From Candidatus Zhuqueibacterota bacterium (GTDB taxonomy: Bacteria; Zhuqueibacterota; Zhuqueibacteria; Thermofontimicrobiales; Thermofontimicrobiaceae), in assembly GCA_049322915.1 (NCBI GenBank), contig JBMOPW010000045.1:104206-168205 (forward strand): 64,000 bases of DNA, written 5' to 3'. The notes below the pieces were generated by a model. That model did not search any database. It was not told the origin of the DNA and was given only the letters and a program-made list of their open reading frames with translations. This document shows, piece by piece, positions 33,886 to 44,171 of the stretch (its first letter is position 1; every line of letters starts with the position of its first letter). Position numbers and translations under genes: made by a program.

Positions 33886-34512
33886 TTATTTTCGAATCCG
33901 GTTTGAGATTGCATGCCAGATGGTCTCGGCGATGGAATCGATAGTACTTGAACCATCAATTGTTACAAAACGTTCCGGCTCCTCCTGGCTGATCCGGAAA
34001 TAGCCGGCGCGAACTCTTCTGAAGAAATCGCGGGATTCACGCTCCATTCGGTCCAGATTTTCTGCGGCCAATTGTTTCCGCTGCTCCATTTCCTCGAGGC
34101 TGATATCGATGAAGAAGGTGAGCGTGGGTTTCAGTCCCTGGGTGGCGAGCCGATTTATCTGATGGACCAGTTCAATGTCAATATTGCGGCCATATCCCTG
34201 GTACGCTGTCGAAGAATCATAAAAGCGGTCGCAAATGACCAGTGCCCCTTGTTGCAAGGCCGGCATAATTTTCTCCTTGACCACCTGCGCGCGGGCTGCG
34301 GAGTAGAGCAGGTATTCGGCAATGGGGGAGACGGCTTCGTCTTCAATCGTAAGTAAGGCGCTCCTGATTTTCTCAGCGATGATCGTGCCACCGGGCTCCC
34401 GAAAGAGCTGGAATGGTATCTGTTCCTCCCTGAACCGGGAAACGAGTCTCTGAATCTGCACGGATTTGCCGCAAAAGTCGATGCCTTCGAAGGTGATGAG
34501 CGTTCCAGCCAT
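33886..34512 (-). CDS. tmk: Thymidylate kinase
   Basis: ITFEGIDFCGKS, REPGGT, CDRFYDSSTAYQG. Confidence 0.95.
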   Translation of the reverse strand: MAGTLITFEGIDFCGKSVQIQRLVSRFREEQIPFQLFREPGGTIIAEKIRSALLTIEDEAVSPIAEYLLYSAARAQVVKEKIMPALQQGALVICDRFYDSSTAYQGYGRNIDIELVHQINRLATQGLKPTLTFFIDISLEEMEQRKQLAAENLDRMERESRDFFRRVRAGYFRISQEEPERFVTIDGSSTIDSIAETIWHAISNRIRK

Positions 34513-34518
34513 GATGGT

Positions 34519-35859
34519 TTAAACCTTAATCGCTTTCCAGCGTCCGCCGCGGAAACGCCAGTAGTTCAAAACGAGTCGTACGGATTCATCGATTAAATGG
34601 GCCAGCCATAGCCCGGTGACGGCTAAGGAAAAGGTGAAAGCAAAAAGCCAGGAGGCGAAAAGCTCCAGCGTACACACGCCGATCATGGTCATGTACATGA
34701 GCCATTTTAAATCGCCAGCTCCCCGCAGATTCCCGATAATGACATTATCGACAGCTTTGGGTATTTGGACAATCGCAAAAACGATGACGGCATTGACTCC
34801 CAGATGAATCACTGATTTGTCCACAATGAACAGATGCAGGATTGTCCGGGAAAATATAATGAGTATCAGCGCGATGAAACATGAAAAAACAAATCCGACC
34901 CAGCCGGATGTCCTTGCAGTTCGCTCTGCCAGTTGCTGTTTTTCTGCTCCCAGATTTTTGCCCATCAGCGTCATGGCGCCAATGCTGAAACCGAGATACG
35001 CCATTGAAAGCACATTTTGAATTCGATTGAAAGCAGTATGAATGGCCAGGTATTTGGGGCCCAGCAGCGCCGCGTACACCGTAATGACCAGCAATCCCAG
35101 CGCCCATACCAATTGCTCCACTGTTGTGGGAATGCCGGTATTCAGCAGTCGCTTGAATGTCTTGAAATTGGGCGTGGTTAACTCCCTGAACGACAGAAAG
35201 AGTACCGAACGCCGTGTCCTCAAAATGTAAAGGGTGACAATGAATCCGATGGAATGGGAAATACCAAAGGCCATGGCCGCACCTTCCACTTCCCAGCGTG
35301 GAAATCCGAACCAGCCAAAGATGAAGAGTGGCGCTAACACCAGGTTCAGGCCGTTGATAATGACGTTGATGATCATGGAAAGGTGAGTGTCCCCGGCCCC
35401 GCGAATGCAGCCGACTGCGACGAAATTGGTGATCATAATCGGCGCGAACAGTGCGACGATGCGCAGGTAGGAGATACCCGCGCGCTGCGCTTCAATGGAG
35501 CCGCCTTCCCGTATCAGTTTGAACAGCAATACGCCGCCGAAATACCAGATGATGGCAAAGGCGAATGAGATGAAAATGCTGATCATCAATGCCTGACCCA
35601 TCACGTGATTGGCTTCTTGCCGTTCATCCGCGCCAAGATGACGGGCGATGATCAACGAACTGCCGACAATGAAGGTGATGAGTATCGTCAAAAACGCGAT
35701 GATGATTTGAATGGCAAGTCCCTGACCCGCGAATGCAGCTGTGCTAAGCCGGCCAATCAGAATCGCCTCGATTGTGAACATGATGGTCTGGGAAGATAAG
35801 TCCACGACAGCCGGGATGGAAGTTTTTAAGATATTTTTTAATGGGGAAGTTTGACCCAC
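34519..35859 (-). CDS. MATE family transporter
   Basis: About 12 TM helices; two RGAGD motifs; GTG start. Confidence 0.9.
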   Translation of the reverse strand: MGQTSPLKNILKTSIPAVVDLSSQTIMFTIEAILIGRLSTAAFAGQGLAIQIIIAFLTILITFIVGSSLIIARHLGADERQEANHVMGQALMISIFISFAFAIIWYFGGVLLFKLIREGGSIEAQRAGISYLRIVALFAPIMITNFVAVGCIRGAGDTHLSMIINVIINGLNLVLAPLFIFGWFGFPRWEVEGAAMAFGISHSIGFIVTLYILRTRRSVLFLSFRELTTPNFKTFKRLLNTGIPTTVEQLVWALGLLVITVYAALLGPKYLAIHTAFNRIQNVLSMAYLGFSIGAMTLMGKNLGAEKQQLAERTARTSGWVGFVFSCFIALILIIFSRTILHLFIVDKSVIHLGVNAVIVFAIVQIPKAVDNVIIGNLRGAGDLKWLMYMTMIGVCTLELFASWLFAFTFSLAVTGLWLAHLIDESVRLVLNYWRFRGGRWKAIKV

Positions 35860-36023
35860 ATGTTACCTCTAATGGCATTCCTGCAGTGACAACGCAGCGA
35901 TCTGTGATCCGGATATTAACCCTGCTGCGTCACATAGATTTATTATCGTTATATATTGTTTTTTGGGTAGATGAAAAATTCAACATATAGTGATAAATTT
36001 GTTAAATGACGTTGCAGTGTTAA

Positions 36024-36053
36024 GAGTGGCTGGATTTTGAAAGACCAGCCACT
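36024..36053. terminator. Hairpin downstream of ino1
   Basis: GAGTGGCTGG-ATTTTGAAAGA-CCAGCCACTC. Confidence 0.5.
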
Positions 36054-36131
36054 CCAGCAGTCAGGATTCAATGCGCTTCAACAGGTACAGCGCGCCGGTT
36101 CCCGAAAAAGCAGGGGAGACCAGACACAACA

Positions 36132-37445
36132 TTAATCGTAATATTCAAGCCCCAGATGGGTGATTAATTCTTCACCTTTCAAATGGCGCAGTGTGTTTTT
36201 TAACTTGATCAACTGAATGAAAAGATCGTGCTCCGGATAAAGTTCTTTGGCGCACATCGGGCTTTTGAAGTAGAATGATAACCACTCCTGAATGCCCTTC
36301 ATGCCGGTGCGTTGAGCCAGATCCATGAACATGGCCAGGTCCAGCACAATCGGCGCCGCCAAAATACTGTCGCGGCACAGGAAATCGACTTTGATCTGCA
36401 TGGGGTAACCCAGCCAGCCGAAGATGTCGATATTGTCCCAGCCCTCTTTGTTATCGCCGCGCGGAGGATAATAATTAATGCGCACTTTGTGGTAGAAATT
36501 TTTATACAGATCCGGGTATACTTCCGGCTGCAGAATGTATTCCAGCACGGAAAGCTTGCTCTCTTCCTTTGTCTTGAACGATTCAGGATCGTCCAGCACT
36601 TCGCCGTCCCGGTTGCCCAGGATATTGGTCGAGAACCAACCGTTCAGTCCCAGCATTCTCGCTTTGAGCCCCGGGGCTAACAGGGTTTTCATCAATGTCT
36701 GGCCGGTCTTGAAATCCTTCCCGGCGATGGGCACCTTGAGTTCACGCGCCAGTTCGATGAGCGCGGGAATGTCGACCGTCAAATTCGGTGCGCCATTGGC
36801 GAACGGCACGCCGGCTTTGATCGACGCATAGGCGTACAACATGCTCGGCGCGATGGCCGGGTGGTTCTCTTTCATGGCTTTTTCAAGCGATTCAATCGTC
36901 TGATGCACCGGCTCCGGCTTCAGGTAAATTTCAGTGCTGGCGCACCAGATGGTGACCATGCGATTCAAATTATTTTTCGCTTTGAAATTCTGAATATCTT
37001 CAATCAACATCTGGGCATAATCATATTTATTGGCAGCTTTTTTAACATGGTCGCCGGATAACCGCTTCACATATTTTTGATCGAACACAGCTTTCATCGG
37101 AGCTATTTTTTCAATTTCAGGGCGAATCTTTTCGAGCAATGAGGTTTCCAGAACACCGGCTTTCATTGCGGCTTCGTACACGTTGTCCGTAAAAATATCC
37201 CATCCGCCAAAAACGATGTCATTCAAATCAGCTAATTCAATGAAGTCTTTGATCTTGGGCGAGCGTTTCTCAGTCCGCTTTCCCAAACGAATGGTGCCCA
37301 TTTGAGTCAACGAGCCGATGGGCTTGGCCAGTCCATTTCGAACAGCAATGACGCCGGAGATGAACGTCGTCGCCACAGCACCCAATCCCGGGCATAAAAT
37401 TCCCAATTTACCTTCGGGTTTTGCAATGTCATATTTCTCTTTCAA
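36132..37445 (-). CDS. ino1: Myo-inositol-1-phosphate synthase
   Basis: GLGAVAT, GKDFKTGQT, NILGNRDG, RDSILAAP; TTG start with GAGGAGG RBS. Confidence 0.95.
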   Translation of the reverse strand: MKEKYDIAKPEGKLGILCPGLGAVATTFISGVIAVRNGLAKPIGSLTQMGTIRLGKRTEKRSPKIKDFIELADLNDIVFGGWDIFTDNVYEAAMKAGVLETSLLEKIRPEIEKIAPMKAVFDQKYVKRLSGDHVKKAANKYDYAQMLIEDIQNFKAKNNLNRMVTIWCASTEIYLKPEPVHQTIESLEKAMKENHPAIAPSMLYAYASIKAGVPFANGAPNLTVDIPALIELARELKVPIAGKDFKTGQTLMKTLLAPGLKARMLGLNGWFSTNILGNRDGEVLDDPESFKTKEESKLSVLEYILQPEVYPDLYKNFYHKVRINYYPPRGDNKEGWDNIDIFGWLGYPMQIKVDFLCRDSILAAPIVLDLAMFMDLAQRTGMKGIQEWLSFYFKSPMCAKELYPEHDLFIQLIKLKNTLRHLKGEELITHLGLEYYD

Positions 37446-37500
37446 AGATGTCCCTCCTCAATTCAAAAAGCTAGTTCAATTGCGTTTCTCTCTCAATGAT

Positions 37501-37851
37501 TTATTCTAAGATTTGATTCTGGTCGTTCACATAAACAACTTTGGGGACAAAATTTTTCGCGTCGGATTCCGATAAAATGCCGTAGGCGACAATGATGAGC
37601 ATATCGCCAATCTCAACCATCCTCGCCAGCGCGCCGTTGCAACAAATGGTGCCAGACCCCGGATCGCCTTCGATGACGTATGTTTCGGCCCGTTCCCCGG
37701 TGTTGATGTTCAGAATTTGCACTTTCTCGAACGGCAAAATATTCGCTGCGTCCATCAATTTTTTATCGATGGTGATGCTTCCCTCATAATTCAAATTCGC
37801 ATCGGTGGCAGTCACACGATGGATTTTTGATTTGCACATGGTCACGTTCAT
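37501..37851 (-). CDS. panD: Aspartate 1-decarboxylase
   Basis: KSKIHR...YEG|SITID autocleavage site, TYVI, NGA. Confidence 0.95.
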   Translation of the reverse strand: MNVTMCKSKIHRVTATDANLNYEGSITIDKKLMDAANILPFEKVQILNINTGERAETYVIEGDPGSGTICCNGALARMVEIGDMLIIVAYGILSESDAKNFVPKVVYVNDQNQILE

Positions 37852-38076
37852 GATGCCAACTCCAGTGAAGATTCGATTAAGTATGCGTTCTCTTTATAGT
37901 ATTCATTCGGAAAAAAGACAACATTGCTTTAACATCTCTGTTGCGCGCAGTGGATGTCTCGCACGTGGCAGGACATGCCCATCGTATCGCGAGCCAATCG
38001 CGTCATGGTCGTCGCACACTGTCCCATGACCGAAAAGACGCAGCCCATCGATATGAGGTGCAATCATCCGCTCGCG

Positions 38077-38724
38077 TCAATTGCCTTTGGCCGGGGGATT
38101 GCCTTTTCTTCGCTCCGTAAGCCAGACGTGGTACACGCGCTGGATGGCGGTGATGTTTGAAAAAATGGCAACCAAAAAGATAGCGACGACCAATGCCACA
38201 TTGTGAATGAGAGCGCCCAACGAAATGAACAAAACCCGCTCGGTCCGTTGCATCACGCCCACTTTGCATTCCAGGCCGAGGCCTTCGGCGCGGGCGCGCA
38301 CGTAGCTTGTCATAATCGAGCCGCCGATGGCGACGGATACGGCGATGGCGGCAATGAGTGACACGTTGATGTCGCCGCTCTGCCAGGGCACTGTGACGAA
38401 ATAGTAGGCCAATCCAAAAAATATCATCACTTCAGAATAGCGGTCCAGCGTTGAATCGTAGAGCGCGCCAAATTTAGTCACGCGATTGGTGGCCCGCGCA
38501 ACGCGTCCGTCAATCACGTCGAACAGGCCGCCGATGAGCATCACCAGACCGCCCCAGCGCAGGCGGCCGCTTCCGAACAGGTAGGCTGCGAAGATGCTGA
38601 CAATCAGGCCAATGGTCGTAAAATGATTTGGGTTAAGTCGTCGTTTAATGAAGAAGTTAATCACAGGGGCGATTATCTTCAAAAAGGTAGTTCGAACCCG
38701 CTCCGGTACTAATATAATTTCCAA
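38077..38724 (-). CDS. CDP-alcohol phosphatidyltransferase (PI/PIP synthase-like)
   Basis: DVIDGRVAR...GALYDSTLDRY signature; SYVRARAEGLG. Confidence 0.88.
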   Translation of the reverse strand: MEIILVPERVRTTFLKIIAPVINFFIKRRLNPNHFTTIGLIVSIFAAYLFGSGRLRWGGLVMLIGGLFDVIDGRVARATNRVTKFGALYDSTLDRYSEVMIFFGLAYYFVTVPWQSGDINVSLIAAIAVSVAIGGSIMTSYVRARAEGLGLECKVGVMQRTERVLFISLGALIHNVALVVAIFLVAIFSNITAIQRVYHVWLTERRKGNPPAKGN

Positions 38725-38738
38725 CTTCCCAATGCTCC

Positions 38739-39434
38739 TTATCGATTTATTTTTTTTCCTTCAATGATTAAAACAAATTCACCCTTATAGGTGATGAGAT
38801 TTTCGTTTTGCGCAAAGTCGATCAATTGCCCCCGGTAAATCTGCTCGAATTTTTTTGTCAATTCCCTGGAGATGGAGATTCGTCGATCGCCCAAAAACTC
38901 GAGCAGATGATTCAGCGTCTTCTGCAGTTTCTTCGGCGATTCGTACAGGATAATGGTGCGCTTCTCTTCGGCCAATTCTTTCAGTCGCGACTGCCTGCCC
39001 TTTTTGGGCGGCAGAAATCCTTCGAAAACGAATCGGTCGCCGGGAAGGCCGGAGCAAATTAAAGCCGGGACAAACGCCGTGGCGCCTGGTACAGCTTCGA
39101 CGACGATATTCCGGGAGAGCGCTTCGCGCACAATATAAAATGCCTCGTCGGAAATACCAGGGGTTCCGGCATCGGATATGACAGCGATGGATTCCCCCTG
39201 CTCAAGTTTTTTGATCAACCCCGGTGTTTTCTTCTCTTTGTTGAATTCAAAATAACTTGTTGTTGGCGTGCTGATATTGTAATGATGCAACAGAATGGCC
39301 GCATGTCGTGTATCTTCGGCAGCGATTAACGCAACCCGGGACAACACTTCGACAGCGCGAAACGACATGTCGTTTAAATTTCCGATCGGCGTGCTGACGA
39401 GATAAAGCCGGCCGTATGGTTCGGGTTCTTTCAG
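38739..39434 (-). CDS. rsmI: 16S rRNA C1402 2'-O-methyltransferase; probable CTG start
   Basis: GRLYLVSTPIGNLNDMSFRA, AAEDTR, SDAGTPGISD, YESP, RELTKKFE. Confidence 0.92.
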   Translation of the reverse strand: MKEPEPYGRLYLVSTPIGNLNDMSFRAVEVLSRVALIAAEDTRHAAILLHHYNISTPTTSYFEFNKEKKTPGLIKKLEQGESIAVISDAGTPGISDEAFYIVREALSRNIVVEAVPGATAFVPALICSGLPGDRFVFEGFLPPKKGRQSRLKELAEEKRTIILYESPKKLQKTLNHLLEFLGDRRISISRELTKKFEQIYRGQLIDFAQNENLITYKGEFVLIIEGKKINR

Positions 39435-39436
39435 TG

Positions 39437-40804
39437 TTACAACTCCCCTTTACCTTGTTTGGACGGCGCGTCCGCAGATTTGCTGAGGATCGCCGCGCAT
39501 TTGTCAACTATTTCAATGGCCTTATCAACGATTTGTTCCGTGATATTTAATGAAGGCCGGAAACGGAGAGACCGTTCCCCGCACTTCAAAATGAACATCC
39601 CCAGCTCGAACGCCTGTCCGATGAATTTATTCCGAAGGCAATCGGTCGGCAAATCGAACGCGATGAACAGCCCTTTGCCGCGCACGTTGGAGATGAACCC
39701 GGCATATTTTTCCTGAAGAGTGAGCAGCTCATTCATGAAATAGGCGCCGACTTTCGCGGCATTATCCACGAGGCGCTCTTCCTCGATGATCTCCAGGTAG
39801 CGCTGGCTCCGAACCATGTCGACCAAATTGGCGCCCCAGGTTGAATTGATGCGGCTGGATTCCTGGAAGACATTATTTTCCACGTCGTCAATTCGTCGAC
39901 TGGCCAAAATACCGCAGACCTGTGCCTTTTTGCCAAATGCAATGATGTCCGGTTCAACATCGTGATGCTGATAGGCCCACATTTTCCCTGTGACGCCGAG
40001 CCCGGATTGCACCTCGTCGAATATCAAAAGGATATGATGTTCGTCGGCAACCGCCCGGAGCTGCTTCATGAATTCAGGTCTGAAATGATTGTCTCCGCCT
40101 TCGCCCTGAATCGGCTCAATGATGATGGCCGCGATGTCGTCCGGATGGTCCTGAATGGCCCGATGAATCTGGCTCAGGCTCATCTCTTCATCCTGAATCA
40201 CTTTCTTCAGATTTTCTTCAGTCACGGGAAACGTCAGTTTTGGATTGATCACTCGCGGCCAGTTAAATTTTGGGAAATATTTCGTCTTGGCCGGATCGGC
40301 GGTATTGGTCATGGATAGCGCATAGCCGCTGCGCCCGTGAAATGCCTGTTTGAAATGGATGACTTTGCTGCCCAGTTCTTCAATATGGCCCTTCTTAAAA
40401 TTGTGCCGCACTTTCCAGTCGAAGGCTGTCTTCAAGGCGTTTTCAACGGCGAGGGTGCCGCCGCTGATCAGGAACAGATGGGGCAGGCTTTCGGGAATGG
40501 CCACGCGGGAAAACGTCTCGACAAACTCGGCCATTTCCACGGTATAGAAATCTGAATTGGATGGCTTGTTCAATGAAACATAGGCCATTTTTTCTCTGAA
40601 CTCCGGGGTCAGCATTTTGGGGTGATTGAGACCTACAGGGAGGGTCGCGAAAAATGTGAAGAAATCAAGATATTCGCGGTTGGTCTTTGCGTCCACCAAA
40701 TAGCATCCGTGACTTTTCTCCAAATCGACAATAATATCAAAACCGTCAACCAGCATGTGTTTCGATAATATCGGAATGACATCGGCAGGTTTTACATTTT
40801 TCAT
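39437..40804 (-). CDS. lat: L-lysine 6-transaminase (class III aminotransferase)
   Basis: NKPSNSD, GTLAVENALKTAFDWK, EPIQGEGGD, DEVQSG, FGKKAQVCG, RINSTWG. Confidence 0.9.
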   Translation of the reverse strand: MKNVKPADVIPILSKHMLVDGFDIIVDLEKSHGCYLVDAKTNREYLDFFTFFATLPVGLNHPKMLTPEFREKMAYVSLNKPSNSDFYTVEMAEFVETFSRVAIPESLPHLFLISGGTLAVENALKTAFDWKVRHNFKKGHIEELGSKVIHFKQAFHGRSGYALSMTNTADPAKTKYFPKFNWPRVINPKLTFPVTEENLKKVIQDEEMSLSQIHRAIQDHPDDIAAIIIEPIQGEGGDNHFRPEFMKQLRAVADEHHILLIFDEVQSGLGVTGKMWAYQHHDVEPDIIAFGKKAQVCGILASRRIDDVENNVFQESSRINSTWGANLVDMVRSQRYLEIIEEERLVDNAAKVGAYFMNELLTLQEKYAGFISNVRGKGLFIAFDLPTDCLRNKFIGQAFELGMFILKCGERSLRFRPSLNITEQIVDKAIEIVDKCAAILSKSADAPSKQGKGEL

Positions 40805-40965
40805 TCATTCAACTCCTTAATTCGTCCTTGTCAATTGGAATACGTGCATCTTTTTCATAACGAACGGTCGTGTGATTTGAAATGAATATCCAGTCTTCTA
40901 TCGGGTGACGATTCATTCAACATCTTTCGTCGGCCGCAGGGCGTATCTGAAAAATAAAACTGAAT

Positions 40966-40994
40966 ATTATAACAAAAATATTTCTAAAAGTCAA
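40966..40994 (-). promoter_or_regulatory. Sigma-70-type promoter for the lat-rsmI operon
   Basis: TTGACT-N17-TATAAT with extended -10 TG on the minus strand. Confidence 0.65.
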
Positions 40995-41298
40995 GATAAA
41001 ACACGTCCGACCAATTTGAGCCTAACTACCGATTCAGGAAAAAGATACAGAGCGTTGCGGGAAATTTAAAAGGCAGAAAAAAAGCATGGGGTCAGCCGGA
41101 AATGCATCCGAAAAAATAGCGCGGATTGGGCATTACCCATCGCAGACATGCGTTGCGGATCATTTACAGCGTTGTTTCGAAGCGTATGAAACAGATGTCG
41201 GGGAGCATCCGGTGGCTTTCGCCGGGGGAGTTCGATTGAACAGGGCGAATCACGCCGGCAGCCGGAACGTCTGGTTGGTGAAACAGCGCGCCGGCGCA

Positions 41299-41787
41299 TC
41301 AGCGTTTGTATGCTTTGAATTGCAAATTCAGTTTTTCCCAGGTCTGGGTGAGGCCTTCGGACACAACTTTGGTGTGCCCGAAAATGGGCATGAAATTGGT
41401 ATCGCCGCGCCAGCGCGGGACGATATGAAAATGCAGATGGTCTTTCACCCCGGCGCCGGCAATTTCACCCAAATTCATGCCGATGTTGAAAGCGTGGGGC
41501 GACATGGTTTGAGTCAGCGCCTCTTTGCACGCGGCGAGGAGCTCCATCATTTCCACGCGTTCTCCATCCGTGAGACTCGAAATGTCCGATGTATGGCGAA
41601 AGGGAACGACCATCAGGTGACCGTTATTGTAGGGATAAAAATTCATGATGACAAAGCAGGAATCCCCGCGGAACAGGATGAGATTTTCCCTGTCGCGATC
41701 CTCGGATGGCTTGTCACAGAAGATACAGCCTTCGGGTTTTGGCTGTTCAATGTATTGAATCCGCCACGGCGCCCATAAAATTTCCAT
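41299..41787 (-). CDS. HIT family hydrolase (Ap4A phosphorylase-like)
   Basis: LWAPWR, CIFC, NFYPYNNGHLMV, HLHFHIVPRW. Confidence 0.92.
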   Translation of the reverse strand: MEILWAPWRIQYIEQPKPEGCIFCDKPSEDRDRENLILFRGDSCFVIMNFYPYNNGHLMVVPFRHTSDISSLTDGERVEMMELLAACKEALTQTMSPHAFNIGMNLGEIAGAGVKDHLHFHIVPRWRGDTNFMPIFGHTKVVSEGLTQTWEKLNLQFKAYKR

Positions 41788-41832
41788 AGGTTAGACCTCA
41801 GTCATGAATTTGCTTGAAGATTTGAATCGAAT

Positions 41833-41871
41833 AGATAAAGGGCAATCGGATGATCCGCTCGCCCTTTATCT
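41833..41871 (-). terminator. Hairpin after the EF-G-like gene
   Basis: AGATAAAGGGC...GCCCTTTATCT inverted repeat. Confidence 0.55.
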
Positions 41872-41910
41872 TGTTTTAAAATCATATCAACAGCGCCAGC
41901 AGACAGGCCG

Positions 41911-43995
41911 TTATTCGTTCTTCTCGGCTTCTGTTTGCGCGACAATTTTGTCGGCGACTTCTTTGGGCACTTCTTCGTAGTTGGAAAATTTCAGCTTGTG
42001 CCCGCCGCGTCCCTGAGTCAGCGAACGAAGCGTCGTGGAGTATTTGTATAGCTCGGACAACGGAATTTTAGCGTTGATAATCTGGAACGGGCCATTGGAG
42101 TCCATGCCCTGAATTTTGCCGCGACGGCTGGAGATATCGCCCATTACGTCGCCCATGAATTCCTCCGGAACCTGGATTTCCACGTCGTAGATTGGTTCCA
42201 GCAGCACCGGTTTCGCCTCGCGGAACAGCTTTTTGAAACACATGGAACCGGCAATTTTGAACGCCATATCCGAGGAGTCGACTGTGTGGAAGCTGCCAAA
42301 GTAAAGTGTCGTCCGTACATCGACCACCGGGTAGCCGGCAATGACGCCCTCTGTCTGGGCTTCTTTGACGCCTTTCTCAACGGCTGGGACGTATTTTCCC
42401 GGAATCACGCCGCCCACGATGGCGTCCACAAATTCATAGCCCTGACCCTTGTTGGGTTCGAGTCGCAAGGATACATCCCCGTACTGGCCGCGTCCGCCGG
42501 ACTGTTTTTTGTGCTTGTACTGGCCTTCGGCAGAGGAGCGGATTGTTTCGCGGTAGGGAATTTTGGGCTCGACCAGGTCCACTTCCACGCCATACTTTTC
42601 CCTCAATCGTTTCACGATGATGTTCAGGTGCAATTCGCCCTGGCCTGAAATGATGATCTGTTTCAACTCCGGATCGATGATCACTTTGAATGTCGCATCC
42701 TCGTCCTGAATGCTGTGCAGGCCGGTGGAGATTTTTTCGTCATCGCCTTTGGATTTGGGTACCACGGCGACGCGAATGACCGGTTCCGGAAAATCGATGC
42801 CGTCCAGAATAATGGGATTGCCTTTGTCGCAGAGCGTATCGGTTGTCGATGTATTTTTCAATTTTACGATCGCGCCAATATCACCACAGATGACCTGTCC
42901 GACTTCCTTTCTGTTTTTGCCATTCATCGAATAGATCTGGCCGATTTTTTCCGGGGAATCTTTGGTGGAGTTCAGCACTTCACTGCCTGTTTTCAATGTC
43001 CCGGAGTATACTTTCACAAAGGATAATTCGCCCACATGCGGTTCGGAAATCGTCTTGAACACAAGCGCCGAGAGCGGGGCATCGCTTTTCATCTCGCGCG
43101 TCAATTTATCCGTGGATCGCGGCTTCACTCCGAGTGCCTTAGGCCGGTCCGATGGCGCCGGGCAGGCAGTGACGATCAGGTCTAACAACGGCCGAATGCC
43201 AATATTTTCTGTGGCAACGCCGCATACGATAGGCGATAAATTGCCGGAAACAATGCTCTTGCGCAGCCCTTTTTTCAGTTGATCCTCGGACAACTCGCCT
43301 GTGTCGCAGAAGATGTTGAGCAGTTCTTCGTCGTTCTCGGACACCGATTCCATGAGTTCATTCCGCAACTCCGCGGCGCGATCTGCCACGTCCGCAGGAA
43401 TCTCCTCTTCCGTGAATTTGCCGGACTTATTCTTTTCAAATCGGAGCAATTTCATTCTCAGAATATCCACAATGCTGTCGAATTTGTCGTTACCCTCATT
43501 CACCGGGAACTGCAAGGCAGCGACGCTGTTGCCGAAGCGTTTTTTGGCATAGTCATAAATTTTGGAAAAATCAGCGTGCTCTTTATCCAGCCGATTGATG
43601 AAGAAAATCCGAGGGATATTATTTTTCCCTGCCAGATCAACCATTGCCTCTGTCCCCACCTCGAACCCTGAGACCGCATTGACGAGAACCAGCGTCGAAT
43701 CGCATACGCGCAGGGCGCCAATGACTTCACCAACAAAATCGGAATAGCCCGGTGTGTCCAGGATATTAATCTTGCAATTTTTCCAATCCAGATTGAGCAG
43801 GGATGTGCTGATGGAAATCTTGCGGTCGATTTCATCCTGATGGTAATCAGAGATGGTCGTGCCATCATCCACGGTTCCGATACGGTTCGTTTCCCCTGCG
43901 GTGAAGGCAATTGCCTCTGACAGAGATGTTTTGCCGACGCCGCCATGAGAAATCAATCCCACATTCCTAATCTGATCCACTGTGTATTCTTTCAC
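41911..43995 (-). CDS. fusA: Elongation factor G paralogue (EF-G2 type)
   Basis: SHGGVGKT, DTPGYSDF, NRLD, GQGELHL, KKQSGGRGQYG, VDSSDMAF; outside the str operon. Confidence 0.9.
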   Translation of the reverse strand: MKEYTVDQIRNVGLISHGGVGKTSLSEAIAFTAGETNRIGTVDDGTTISDYHQDEIDRKISISTSLLNLDWKNCKINILDTPGYSDFVGEVIGALRVCDSTLVLVNAVSGFEVGTEAMVDLAGKNNIPRIFFINRLDKEHADFSKIYDYAKKRFGNSVAALQFPVNEGNDKFDSIVDILRMKLLRFEKNKSGKFTEEEIPADVADRAAELRNELMESVSENDEELLNIFCDTGELSEDQLKKGLRKSIVSGNLSPIVCGVATENIGIRPLLDLIVTACPAPSDRPKALGVKPRSTDKLTREMKSDAPLSALVFKTISEPHVGELSFVKVYSGTLKTGSEVLNSTKDSPEKIGQIYSMNGKNRKEVGQVICGDIGAIVKLKNTSTTDTLCDKGNPIILDGIDFPEPVIRVAVVPKSKGDDEKISTGLHSIQDEDATFKVIIDPELKQIIISGQGELHLNIIVKRLREKYGVEVDLVEPKIPYRETIRSSAEGQYKHKKQSGGRGQYGDVSLRLEPNKGQGYEFVDAIVGGVIPGKYVPAVEKGVKEAQTEGVIAGYPVVDVRTTLYFGSFHTVDSSDMAFKIAGSMCFKKLFREAKPVLLEPIYDVEIQVPEEFMGDVMGDISSRRGKIQGMDSNGPFQIINAKIPLSELYKYSTTLRSLTQGRGGHKLKFSNYEEVPKEVADKIVAQTEAEKNE

Positions 43996-44171
43996 AAAAT
44001 GCCTCCTTAAATTACGGTGGAACTATCTTATAATTGCTGCTCAGTTACCTTGCAAACAAATGGCATTTGTTCGATTTGTCTCCGTGTCGGACATTCCTGA
44101 AAATACCTCGGAAATAAGTGCCTCATGGTTGACATGACCATTCAAATGTGAACCAAGCAGGTGTGTTTATT

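Noticed and set aside
40805..41298. Lysine riboswitch upstream of lat
   Set aside because: No L-box consensus elements found on the minus strand; only a promoter is evident
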